64,000 bases of DNA from IMG/VR virus record IMGVR_UViG_3300017779_000001, one strand, 5' to 3'. Numbering within the stretch: position 1 is the stretch's first letter; each line of letters begins with the position of its first letter. Shown here piece after piece: positions 37,032-46,639 of the stretch. Below the pieces are notes generated by a model, which searched no databases, was not told the origin of the DNA, and saw nothing but the letters and a program-made list of their open reading frames with translations. Source of the DNA: a virus. Made by a program: the position numbers and the translations under genes.

Positions 37032-40000
37032 ATGACAGAGAAGACAGACCTTAATGTAACCCCGTATCACGATGATTTTTCTGAAGACAAGAAGTTTCAT
37101 AAAGTATTATTCCGTGCTGGGAGACCATTACAAGCTAGAGAATTAACTCAGTCTCAATCTATATTACAGAATCAAGTCGAAAGATTTGCTGGACATATAT
37201 TTGAGGAAGGGTCTCTTGTGGATGGAGCTCAAACAGACGTAGTGTATGATTACGGTTATGTAAAGGTTGATAATGTCAATCCGAACAGTGTTGGTGGTTC
37301 AGTTTCTACATACTTAGATTCATTTAAAGACAAATACATTCAGGGTAAAACTTCAGGTGCAGTTGCAAGAGTATACTTAACAGTTGCAGAAACATCTGAT
37401 GACCCAACAACTCTTGTTGTAAAATACTTAGCAGGTGGAACAGATTCATCAAACTCTTTTTACTTTGATGCAAATGAAGAATTAGAAGAAGTAAATGTTG
37501 ATGAGAATGGTAACCCAACATCTGCAAGTAATAATAATGAATTCAAAGTGCAAACAATTGATAAAAGTCCAGTTGGTCGTTCATCCGTTGCAAGTATCAC
37601 AGAAGGTGTAGTATATCTTAGAGGTTTCTTTGTAAAGGTTGACGCTGCACAATTAATTTTAGAAAAGTATTCAGGACAACCATCATATAGAGTTGGTTTA
37701 GATATCTCAGAACAATTAATATCTTCTGCAGATGACGACTCATTATTAGACAATGCACAGGGAACAACAAACGAAAACGCACCTGGCGCAGACAGATTTA
37801 AGATTCAAACAACTTTTGTTAAGAAGTTATTGGATACAACAGATGATACTAATTTCATCGAATTATACAGAGTAGTAAATGGTACCACAGAACTAAAAGT
37901 ATCTTCTGCAAATTATAGTAATTTTGAAAATTCACTTGCAAGAAGAACATACGACCAATCAGGTGACTTTACAGTTAGACAGTTCATTCCAACTCTCAGA
38001 GAACACTTACAAGAAAATGACAACCTAGGATATTACACTGCATCACAAGGTGGAGATGTTGGTAAGTTCGTATTACAAGTTTCGCCAGGCAAGGCATATG
38101 TCAGAGGACATGAAATTGATAAGATAGGTACAACACCTATATCATTACCTAAAGCAAGAACAGTTGCAGAGTTATCAGGAACATCTACTTCTGCAAGACT
38201 TGGTAACTATTTAAAAGTAACTAACATTCATTCAGTCCCCGAGTTTGGTAATGAGGGTGGAGAAGATTCACTAAAACCAAATCACTTAATTAAATTATAT
38301 GATAGTACAGTTTCATTAGGGACTGAACCATCAAGTGGTCAAATCGGTTTTGCAAGAGTACGAAACTTTGATGAACTAGAGAGTGTTGATGTAGATAACA
38401 ATAAAGTACTAGACCCTACATCTAAACATGCATTATACCTATTCGACATTAAGATGTTTACCAAGATTGGTATTACTGCATTATCTAATGCAAGTCCAAT
38501 AAATGTTGGTGATAGAGTAGATGACACAGTAACAGGAGCTCATGGTATAGTAGCAGACGTTGACTATTCTAATGACTTTATTTTAGTTCATGACGTACAG
38601 GGTACATTTGTAGTTGGTAATACTATTCAAAGTACAGGGTCTACTAACACAACATATAACAATGCTATTGCATCTGTTAGAAATTATAACATCGATAGAG
38701 TGAGAGGTGTATCACAAACACCTAGTAATGCAAGTAGAGAAAAATTTACTGGTAATGTAATAGTCGATGGTGTAAAGGTTTTATCAGGAACAGTATCACT
38801 TACAGCAGGTAGTGATACTGTAGTTGGTTTTGGAACAAGATTCCAAGACGAATTGAAAGAGGGTGATGTTATAGTCAACCCTATTGATGGTGGAGAACAC
38901 ATTGTACAAACAGTTGGTGGTGCAACATCCGTTACCCTTACAGCTAATGTCGGTAGTGGTAAAACTTTCCAAGGTAATGTTACACGAAGACGAGTTAAGT
39001 TATACGACCAAAACCAAACTGCAAATATTTTTGCATTCAGTAGAGATTTTATAAAATCATTTACACCCGATAGTTGTCAAGTTAGAAGACAGACAACAGT
39101 CGAAGTAGCTAGTCAGGCATTCACTATATCAGCAGGTTCAGGAAATACGTTCCCAGCTATTACTGCATCAAATGTAAATCAATTTGTTGAGATGGCAGTT
39201 ATCGAACAATCATCAGGTTCACCAACATACTTAAATGGTGACGTATTAGACCCAAGAGATTTCTTCACTAGTTTATCAGGAGATAGTAGTACACTATCAT
39301 TTGGTAGTCTTGCAACTGCAAATAACGGTGCAATTTTAAAAGTATCATATACAGTTAACATCGGTTCACCTGTTCAAAGAGATAAAACATTAAGAGAAGG
39401 TAAGATGTTAAAAGTCGGTTCTCCTTCTTCACAAAATAGTTTTTACGGAACTGGTTATGACGACAAAGAAATTTCATTAGGTCTTGCCGATGTATTTAAA
39501 ATCAGAGGAATATATGAGGCAGAGGATGGAAGTAATCCTTTACCCCCTAGTGCAACTATTGACCAATTAAATGCTGGAATACCTTTTGTAGATAAAGAGA
39601 TTATTAAAGGTCAGACAACAGGTGCAAGAGCAAAAATCATTAACTACGCAGGTGATGATAATACAACATACTTCTACTATTTGTCAAGTACACAATTCAA
39701 TTCATCAGAATCTGTAGTTGGAGAGACATCTACTGCAACAGGAACATTATCGAATGTGTCATCAGGTAGTAAAGAAATTAAGAACAGATACTTCTTTGAT
39801 GATGGTCAAAGAGATGGTTTCTATGACTATGCAAAATTACAATTGAAGCCTGGTGAACCAGCTCCAAACAATTCAATACTAATTGTATTTGATTACTTTA
39901 CACATGGTGCTGGTAACTTCTTTGATGTGTCATCATATGACAACCAAGTTTCTTATCAAGAGATTCCAAAGTATATACCAAACAAAGTAGACCTAGGTGG

Positions 40001-43000
40001 TTTAGAACCCGATGGTCAATTTGAGTTATCAGATGCAGTTGACTTTAGACCAGTAGCAGACCAGTTAATTGGTCTCTCAGGTTTTCCAACACAAGACATA
40101 GACCCAACAGATTCAAATCTAGTAGACATTAGTGATAGTTCTACAGGTATTACTGCAGCTCCATTTAAATATGAGAGTACAGGATTTACTGCATCTGCAT
40201 TAGATGTACCAGTAACGAATAGTGCAATTCAAGGTGACATTACTTTCTATGTACCTAGAATCGATAAAGTATTCTTACATAAAGCTGGTAACTTCCAAGT
40301 AAATAGTGGTGTACCATCTTTATCACCAACTAAACCAAAGGTCATGGATGATGCAATTGAAATGTTTGAATTGTTCATTCCACCGTTTACTGCAAACCTA
40401 AAGAAAATTAAGATTAAGAGTATCGACCATAGAAGATATACCATGAAGGATATCGGTAGGATACAAAACAGAGTTGCAAACCTAGAAAGACTTACAACAC
40501 TATCTCTCTTAGAAAGAGATACACAAAACATGCAAATCCAAGATGCAGACGGATTCGATAGATTCAAATCAGGATTTGTTGTTGATTCATTTAAGGGTCA
40601 TGGTATCGGTGATGTTTCTCATCCTGATTATGGTGTTGCAATTGATACTAAACTAGGTACACTTAGACCACAAGTTTACACTTCATTCTTTGACTTAGGT
40701 CTAAATGAAGCTTCATCATCTAGTTATCAGAAGACTGGTGATTTACTAACACTACCATATTCAGAAAAGACATATGTAAATCAAGATAAAGCATCTAGAA
40801 CAATTAATGTCAACCCATATAACGTATTTGCATTTATCGGTAACCTTAAGTTATCTCCAAATTCAGATGTATGGAATGATTCAGAAAGATTACCCGAAGT
40901 TAGAATTAACAGAGAAGGTAACTATGATGCAGTATTAGCTGAGAATACAAACTCACTAGGTACTGTATGGAATGCATGGCAAACAACATGGGTCGGTGAA
41001 CCTAATGTTGTAAATGAAGAAGTTGTTTCATCAAGGCCTGGTTCATGGTCAGGAGACCCAGCACAAGGTGGTGAATGGATACCTGGCGAAGATGTTACAA
41101 GAGTTATTACAGAAACACCCGAGACACAAACAAGAAATGGTGTTAAGACTACAGTAGTCGAAGATTTTGTAGAAGACAGAAGAGACAGGATTGTAAGTGT
41201 AAGTATTATACCTTTCATCCGTTCTAGAAGAGTAGAACTAGATGCACAAAACTTACAACCGAATAGAAAACACTATGTGTTCTTTGATGGTATTAACGTC
41301 AATGCACATGTTACACCTTTCAGTTCAACATTCGGAGACGGTGGTGCAACTGCAAAAGGAACTGTAATTAAATCAAACAGAAATGGAAGACTTCGTGCAT
41401 ATTTTGATATACCAAATAACAATGCACAAAGATTCCCAACAGGTCAAAGAGAAGTCAAGATAACTGCAAGTGAAAGTAATCTTTCTAATCCACCTTCTTA
41501 TGCAAGTAATGTATATCAGGCACAAGGATTATTGCAGTCATCACAAACAGAAATTATATCTACAAAGAATGGTAGAGTTATTAGAGAAAATCTAACAGCA
41601 GGTAGAAGTATTGAAAGGTCAGGAGAGTTCTTTAACAGAACTGCAACCGATTTGGATGCACCTCCATTACCACCAGTACCACCAGCTGAAGACCCACCAT
41701 TACCACCTCCACCACCTCCGCCGCCTGACCCACCACCACCAATCGTGACACCACCAGTGGATGAGGCACCAATTATTCCAAATAATATATTTGATGTCCC
41801 CGATGTATGGGAGTTCAGAGGATGGCAAGACCCATTAGCAGAATCTTTCTTAGTAGAGAGTCGTGGTGGTATGTTTATAACATCTATAGATTTATACTTT
41901 AATACTAAAGATGAAAGTTTACCAGTAACAGTTGAAATTAGAAACATGGTAAATGGTTACCCTGGCCAGATAGTACTTCCGTATTCAGAAGTAACTAAAA
42001 ATCCTAATCTGATAAACATCTCAGAGGATGGTTCAGTTGCAACTACATTTACATTTGATTCACCAGTATATGTTGAAGAAGGACAAGAATATTGTTTCGT
42101 AGTATTATCAAACTCTAACAAGTATGAAACATTCATTTCAACTATGGGTGAAGAAGACATTAAAACTGGTCAATTGATATCAGGACAACCGTACGCAGGT
42201 TCATTATTCAAATCACAAAATGCATCAACATGGACTGCAGAACAAACACAAGACCTTAAGTTCCATATGAAAACTGCAAAGTTTGATACAACAAAAATTG
42301 CAAACATTATATTTGAGAATGGTGATTTAGAAAATGATACACTACAAGTTAACCCTATTCAAACAACATCAGGTTCAAGTAATGTTAAGGTTTATCATTA
42401 TACACATGGTATGTATGATGCAACATCAAATGTAACTTTATCAGGTATACAAGGTGATAGAGAAAACGGTGTAACAAATATAGGTGAAGGAAGTGCAACA
42501 TTATTATCAGGGGCATTACCTTCAAATAGTACTTACAATGATATTGCAACTACATCTAGTGGAAGTGGAACTGGGTGTAAACTCAAGTTCGTAGTAGCTG
42601 GTGGTGCAATATCAGATATAGAAATTCAAGATTGTGGTAGTAATTATAGTGTCTCAGATACTTTAACTGTAACAAACTTGGGTAGTACAACTAATAGTAT
42701 ACAGATTAATATTGATGCTGTAACAGATACTATCGGTGGAGTACCAATTAATCTATTAAATAAAACACATACTGCAATTGCAAATCCAAAACTAGACAGT
42801 TACGAAGTTGTTGTAGATTGGGATTCAACAGATATTGACGGTGCATCTGCACCATCTGTGTCATCATCTGTGGGTGGAGGAACATCAGTAATAGGTACAA
42901 GAAACTATTACTTTGATTCAATCCACACAATGATTCCATCATTGACATTGAGAGATACAAGATTAACATGTAACTTACAATTGTGTGCAATGAATTCACC

Positions 43001-43658
43001 CGAAAGTTATGTGAAAGGAACACCGTATGCAATGAGAAACTCTTCTCAATATGTTACACTTAATGACAATGTATTCTTAGACGCACCAAGTATTGTTGCA
43101 TCAAGAATTAATGAAGTAAATCAATCATCATTATCAGGTACAAGGTCATTTAAAACACAAGTATCATACATCACTTTGAATGAAAACGTATCACCAGTAA
43201 TTGATATGTCTTCAATGGGTGTTATCTGTAATGCAAACAGAGTAAATGGTATGAGTTCAACTAATGAGCAAACAATCACCCCAACAGAAAATGCAGAAGG
43301 TGAGATGAATGCAATGACATATGTAACTAAGAGAGTTAACTTAAAAGAACCAGCATCTTCAATTAAGGTTATGTTAGATGGATTTAGTCCATTAAGTACA
43401 GACCTAAAAGTTATGTACAAGGTTCTATTGAATGACGAATCTACTCCTTTTGATGATGTAGGATACAACTTCTTTAACACCGATGGTTCACCTGATATTA
43501 TCGTAGATAAAGATGGTAAGAATTTTAAAGAGTACGAATATAGTATAGAAGACTTACCCGAGTTTACATCTTTTGCAATTAAGATTGTAGGACAAGCACA
43601 TAATACTTCTGTAGTTCCATTAGTGTCTAACCTTAGAGCAATAGCGTTAGCAACGTAA
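37032..43658 (+). CDS. Large virion structural protein (DUF4815/VrlC-like)
   Basis: N.TPY.DDF...K.F..VLF..G..LQARELTQ.QS.LQ.Q, APGADR, LARRTYD.SG.F.V, RRYTMKDIG, DRFKSGF.VD.F, DPLA.SF. Confidence 0.85.
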   Translation: MTEKTDLNVTPYHDDFSEDKKFHKVLFRAGRPLQARELTQSQSILQNQVERFAGHIFEEGSLVDGAQTDVVYDYGYVKVDNVNPNSVGGSVSTYLDSFKDKYIQGKTSGAVARVYLTVAETSDDPTTLVVKYLAGGTDSSNSFYFDANEELEEVNVDENGNPTSASNNNEFKVQTIDKSPVGRSSVASITEGVVYLRGFFVKVDAAQLILEKYSGQPSYRVGLDISEQLISSADDDSLLDNAQGTTNENAPGADRFKIQTTFVKKLLDTTDDTNFIELYRVVNGTTELKVSSANYSNFENSLARRTYDQSGDFTVRQFIPTLREHLQENDNLGYYTASQGGDVGKFVLQVSPGKAYVRGHEIDKIGTTPISLPKARTVAELSGTSTSARLGNYLKVTNIHSVPEFGNEGGEDSLKPNHLIKLYDSTVSLGTEPSSGQIGFARVRNFDELESVDVDNNKVLDPTSKHALYLFDIKMFTKIGITALSNASPINVGDRVDDTVTGAHGIVADVDYSNDFILVHDVQGTFVVGNTIQSTGSTNTTYNNAIASVRNYNIDRVRGVSQTPSNASREKFTGNVIVDGVKVLSGTVSLTAGSDTVVGFGTRFQDELKEGDVIVNPIDGGEHIVQTVGGATSVTLTANVGSGKTFQGNVTRRRVKLYDQNQTANIFAFSRDFIKSFTPDSCQVRRQTTVEVASQAFTISAGSGNTFPAITASNVNQFVEMAVIEQSSGSPTYLNGDVLDPRDFFTSLSGDSSTLSFGSLATANNGAILKVSYTVNIGSPVQRDKTLREGKMLKVGSPSSQNSFYGTGYDDKEISLGLADVFKIRGIYEAEDGSNPLPPSATIDQLNAGIPFVDKEIIKGQTTGARAKIINYAGDDNTTYFYYLSSTQFNSSESVVGETSTATGTLSNVSSGSKEIKNRYFFDDGQRDGFYDYAKLQLKPGEPAPNNSILIVFDYFTHGAGNFFDVSSYDNQVSYQEIPKYIPNKVDLGGLEPDGQFELSDAVDFRPVADQLIGLSGFPTQDIDPTDSNLVDISDSSTGITAAPFKYESTGFTASALDVPVTNSAIQGDITFYVPRIDKVFLHKAGNFQVNSGVPSLSPTKPKVMDDAIEMFELFIPPFTANLKKIKIKSIDHRRYTMKDIGRIQNRVANLERLTTLSLLERDTQNMQIQDADGFDRFKSGFVVDSFKGHGIGDVSHPDYGVAIDTKLGTLRPQVYTSFFDLGLNEASSSSYQKTGDLLTLPYSEKTYVNQDKASRTINVNPYNVFAFIGNLKLSPNSDVWNDSERLPEVRINREGNYDAVLAENTNSLGTVWNAWQTTWVGEPNVVNEEVVSSRPGSWSGDPAQGGEWIPGEDVTRVITETPETQTRNGVKTTVVEDFVEDRRDRIVSVSIIPFIRSRRVELDAQNLQPNRKHYVFFDGINVNAHVTPFSSTFGDGGATAKGTVIKSNRNGRLRAYFDIPNNNAQRFPTGQREVKITASESNLSNPPSYASNVYQAQGLLQSSQTEIISTKNGRVIRENLTAGRSIERSGEFFNRTATDLDAPPLPPVPPAEDPPLPPPPPPPPDPPPPIVTPPVDEAPIIPNNIFDVPDVWEFRGWQDPLAESFLVESRGGMFITSIDLYFNTKDESLPVTVEIRNMVNGYPGQIVLPYSEVTKNPNLINISEDGSVATTFTFDSPVYVEEGQEYCFVVLSNSNKYETFISTMGEEDIKTGQLISGQPYAGSLFKSQNASTWTAEQTQDLKFHMKTAKFDTTKIANIIFENGDLENDTLQVNPIQTTSGSSNVKVYHYTHGMYDATSNVTLSGIQGDRENGVTNIGEGSATLLSGALPSNSTYNDIATTSSGSGTGCKLKFVVAGGAISDIEIQDCGSNYSVSDTLTVTNLGSTTNSIQINIDAVTDTIGGVPINLLNKTHTAIANPKLDSYEVVVDWDSTDIDGASAPSVSSSVGGGTSVIGTRNYYFDSIHTMIPSLTLRDTRLTCNLQLCAMNSPESYVKGTPYAMRNSSQYVTLNDNVFLDAPSIVASRINEVNQSSLSGTRSFKTQVSYITLNENVSPVIDMSSMGVICNANRVNGMSSTNEQTITPTENAEGEMNAMTYVTKRVNLKEPASSIKVMLDGFSPLSTDLKVMYKVLLNDESTPFDDVGYNFFNTDGSPDIIVDKDGKNFKEYEYSIEDLPEFTSFAIKIVGQAHNTSVVPLVSNLRAIALAT
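41658..41780 (+). repeat. Polyproline low-complexity tract within the DUF4815-like protein
   Basis: APPLPPVPPAEDPPLPPPPPPPPDPPPPIVTPPVDEAPIIP. Confidence 0.9.
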
Positions 43659-43879
43659 TGAGTACAATGAAAGAACTAGCAAGAGTACAAGGAGAACAAC
43701 ATCTTTTTAGAGATGAAGAATCAGGTGCTATAATAAGTAATGATAGTCAAACACTTGCAATTTATAAGAAAAGAAAAACAGTGTTTCAAAATCAAATAAA
43801 TGAAATAAATACTCTTAGAGAAGAGATAAATGAAATTAAAGAATTTTTGAGGAATATAACAAATGGCCAAAACAGTTAG
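43658..43879 (+). CDS. Small conserved coiled-coil protein
   Basis: V.G...L.RD..SGAII...EIN.L..EI.EIK..L. Confidence 0.75.
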   Translation: MSTMKELARVQGEQHLFRDEESGAIISNDSQTLAIYKKRKTVFQNQINEINTLREEINEIKEFLRNITNGQNS

Positions 43880-46616
43880 TCAACATAGTACACTCGAAGA
43901 GTGGAGACAGTCGTATAACGAACTAGCATCAGATGTTGGGGATATTGGTGGTTTACGTACTCAAGATAAAACTACACTTGTTGATGCAGTAAACGATTTA
44001 AGAGATAGAGAATTCTTTTTCCAAGGATTTATTTACACTGCAACTGGTGGTCAAACAGTATTCGAAGGTGCAGACAGTTCATCCGACCAAAATGAATTAG
44101 AGTTTAGAGACCATAGATTCCTCGTATTCAAAAACGGTGAATTACAACAACTCTCAACAGATTTCACAATATCAAATGTAAATGCAAACGGTAATCACAC
44201 TAGAGTTACACTTACATCGGGTGCAACTAATAATGATATTATCAGAGTGGTTGCATTTACAGGTTCATTCCTTGATGTCGCAGGTCAAGCTGCAGTACAA
44301 ACGTTTTGGACTGAAACATTAGAGAACACAATTTACAATAACAACGATAGTGGTGTTATTATTAATGGTGACATCGGTTCAGTTGTCACAGAATTACAAT
44401 CAGGTTACGTAGTTCAGATAGAAGGTAAAACATTCATCAATGGTGATGTAGACCTTGATACAGGTCATACCCTATCTGCACCTACACTTACAGACAACAC
44501 ACTATCAATTAATCAAGGAAACGTCACAGGGGGTGTCACAGGAGACTTCAGTGGTGATTTCAACGTAGGTAATTTAGATGTCGGTGGTGGTTTCAATTCA
44601 ACAGGAGTATCGATTACATCTACTGGTAACATCAATGCAAACGGTAGTGCAGAGATTGATGGAAACCTAAACGTAGATGGTTTAACAACATTAGATGGAA
44701 CAACAATTGATGGTAATCTAGACCTTAATGGTAATCTAGATGCATCAGGAACAGGACACATCGGTGGTAACTTTGATGTCAATACTGATAAGTTTACAGT
44801 TGCATCAGCAACAGGTAACACTGCAGTAGCAGGAAGATTAGATGTAACTGGTAATCTAGATGTTGATGGTGCAACAACTACAGATGGAATACACAACGTA
44901 GGTTCTTTAAATCAAGATGGAAGTGTGGACATTTCAACTACACTAGAGGTACATGGAGCTGTAGATTTTAACTCTACTCTAACTGTAGATGGTCAATCTA
45001 ATCTCAATGGTCATGTAAACTTGGGTAATGCATCTACTGATACAGTTACATTCAATGGTGTACTTGATAGTGACATCGTTCCCGATGGAGATAGTTCAAG
45101 AGACTTAGGTACAAACAGTGTTAGATTTTCAAATGCATATATCGATACTACAACAGGTAACCTAGTCGGTAATGCAAGTACAGCTACAACTTTAGAAACT
45201 GCAAGAGATATAGGTGGTGTATCCTTTGACGGAAGTGCAAGTATCAATTTGCCTGGCGTCAACCAATCAGGTAATCAGGACACATCAGGAAACGCTGCAA
45301 GTGCAACTGTATTAGAGACTGCAAGAAATATATCAGGTGTATCTTTTGATGGAAGTGCAGACATAGAATTAAATACTTCTCACATTGATGAAAACGTTGC
45401 AAACCTTTATTTTACAAATGCAAGAGCAGATGCAAGAATAACAAATGCTATTGATACAGACAATACTTTTGCAGATGCATCAAACACTTTAGTTCCTTCA
45501 CAGTTAGCAGTCAAATCATACGTTGATTCACAATTAGATTTACAAGACGAACTAAGTGAGATGAGTGGAGACTCAAGTGATATTACAGAACACGCAACAA
45601 CAAATTTATTCTTTACAAATGCAAGAGCAGATGCAAGGATAACAGCTGCAAGTGTTGGAGATTTAAGTGATGTGGACATTACAGGTGTTGCAGCTGGTCA
45701 AGCACTTACATGGAGTGCAAGTAATAATAGGTTCGAACCCACAACACTTGGTAGTTCTACCGACAGTTTTGCAGAAGGGTCATCAAACCTTTACTTCACA
45801 AATGAAAGAGCAAGAGATGCTGTTGCAAGTTTAATAGTAAATTCAAACAGTGTTAGCAATGGTCTTAATGCAACATATAACGATAATGATAATGCTGAAG
45901 GTACATTAGAACTCGATGTTGACCCCGAATATATCAGAGACACAACTGCATCATTCATCACTGGTGGAACACATAGTGGTATCTCATTTACTCACGATGA
46001 TAATAATGATAAATTAAATGCATCTATATCAATAAGTGGTTTTGACACAAATGATTTAAGCGAAGGTGAAACTAATCTTTACTTTACAAATGCAAGAGCA
46101 GATGCTAGAATCGCAGCTGCTAATACAAGTGACTTGTCAGAAGACCCCGATGCAACTGGTTCAAGTGGTACAATGTACTTCACAGACGAAAGAGCTCGTG
46201 ACGCTGCAGCAGCCATGATTACTAGTGGTACACACAGTAACATTACAGTCAATTATAATGACACTGCAAATACACTTTCGTTCTCTGCAGCTGCACAATA
46301 CGCAGACTCAGATGCAAGAGGAGCTTTATCAGGTGGGCCAGGTATTGATTACAATACATCAACTGGTAAAATTTCTGCAGACCTAAATGCAAGTGGTGGA
46401 TTAGAGTTCCATGCAGCTGGTGATGGTGGTGAGATAAGATTGAAATCTTCAGTGGCAGGTAATGGTCTTGCACATAGTAGTGGTGTTCTCTCTATAAATA
46501 CAAGGAAAGGTGTAAAAATAGATTCAGATTTTGTTGAATCAGATTATGAAGTAGTTTCAACAGCACCCTCAAGTGTCAGTGGTACAAACGATGGACATTT
46601 GTGGTATGTGGTGTAA
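43863..46616 (+). CDS. Fibre protein 1 (fibritin-position/tail fibre-like)
   Basis: T.EEWR..N N-terminus; G.L.V.G beta repeats; NA..AT.LETAR.I.GV.FDG repeats; NLYFT..RA repeats; ends APSS...DGHLWYVV. Confidence 0.75.
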   Translation: MAKTVSQHSTLEEWRQSYNELASDVGDIGGLRTQDKTTLVDAVNDLRDREFFFQGFIYTATGGQTVFEGADSSSDQNELEFRDHRFLVFKNGELQQLSTDFTISNVNANGNHTRVTLTSGATNNDIIRVVAFTGSFLDVAGQAAVQTFWTETLENTIYNNNDSGVIINGDIGSVVTELQSGYVVQIEGKTFINGDVDLDTGHTLSAPTLTDNTLSINQGNVTGGVTGDFSGDFNVGNLDVGGGFNSTGVSITSTGNINANGSAEIDGNLNVDGLTTLDGTTIDGNLDLNGNLDASGTGHIGGNFDVNTDKFTVASATGNTAVAGRLDVTGNLDVDGATTTDGIHNVGSLNQDGSVDISTTLEVHGAVDFNSTLTVDGQSNLNGHVNLGNASTDTVTFNGVLDSDIVPDGDSSRDLGTNSVRFSNAYIDTTTGNLVGNASTATTLETARDIGGVSFDGSASINLPGVNQSGNQDTSGNAASATVLETARNISGVSFDGSADIELNTSHIDENVANLYFTNARADARITNAIDTDNTFADASNTLVPSQLAVKSYVDSQLDLQDELSEMSGDSSDITEHATTNLFFTNARADARITAASVGDLSDVDITGVAAGQALTWSASNNRFEPTTLGSSTDSFAEGSSNLYFTNERARDAVASLIVNSNSVSNGLNATYNDNDNAEGTLELDVDPEYIRDTTASFITGGTHSGISFTHDDNNDKLNASISISGFDTNDLSEGETNLYFTNARADARIAAANTSDLSEDPDATGSSGTMYFTDERARDAAAAMITSGTHSNITVNYNDTANTLSFSAAAQYADSDARGALSGGPGIDYNTSTGKISADLNASGGLEFHAAGDGGEIRLKSSVAGNGLAHSSGVLSINTRKGVKIDSDFVESDYEVVSTAPSSVSGTNDGHLWYVV
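46493..46500 (+). promoter_or_regulatory. Internal late promoter TATAAATA upstream of the short mirror-repeat gene
   Basis: Exact consensus about 140 nt before ATG 46640. Confidence 0.5.
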
Positions 46617-46639
46617 TGGGACACAGAGGTGAACATTAA

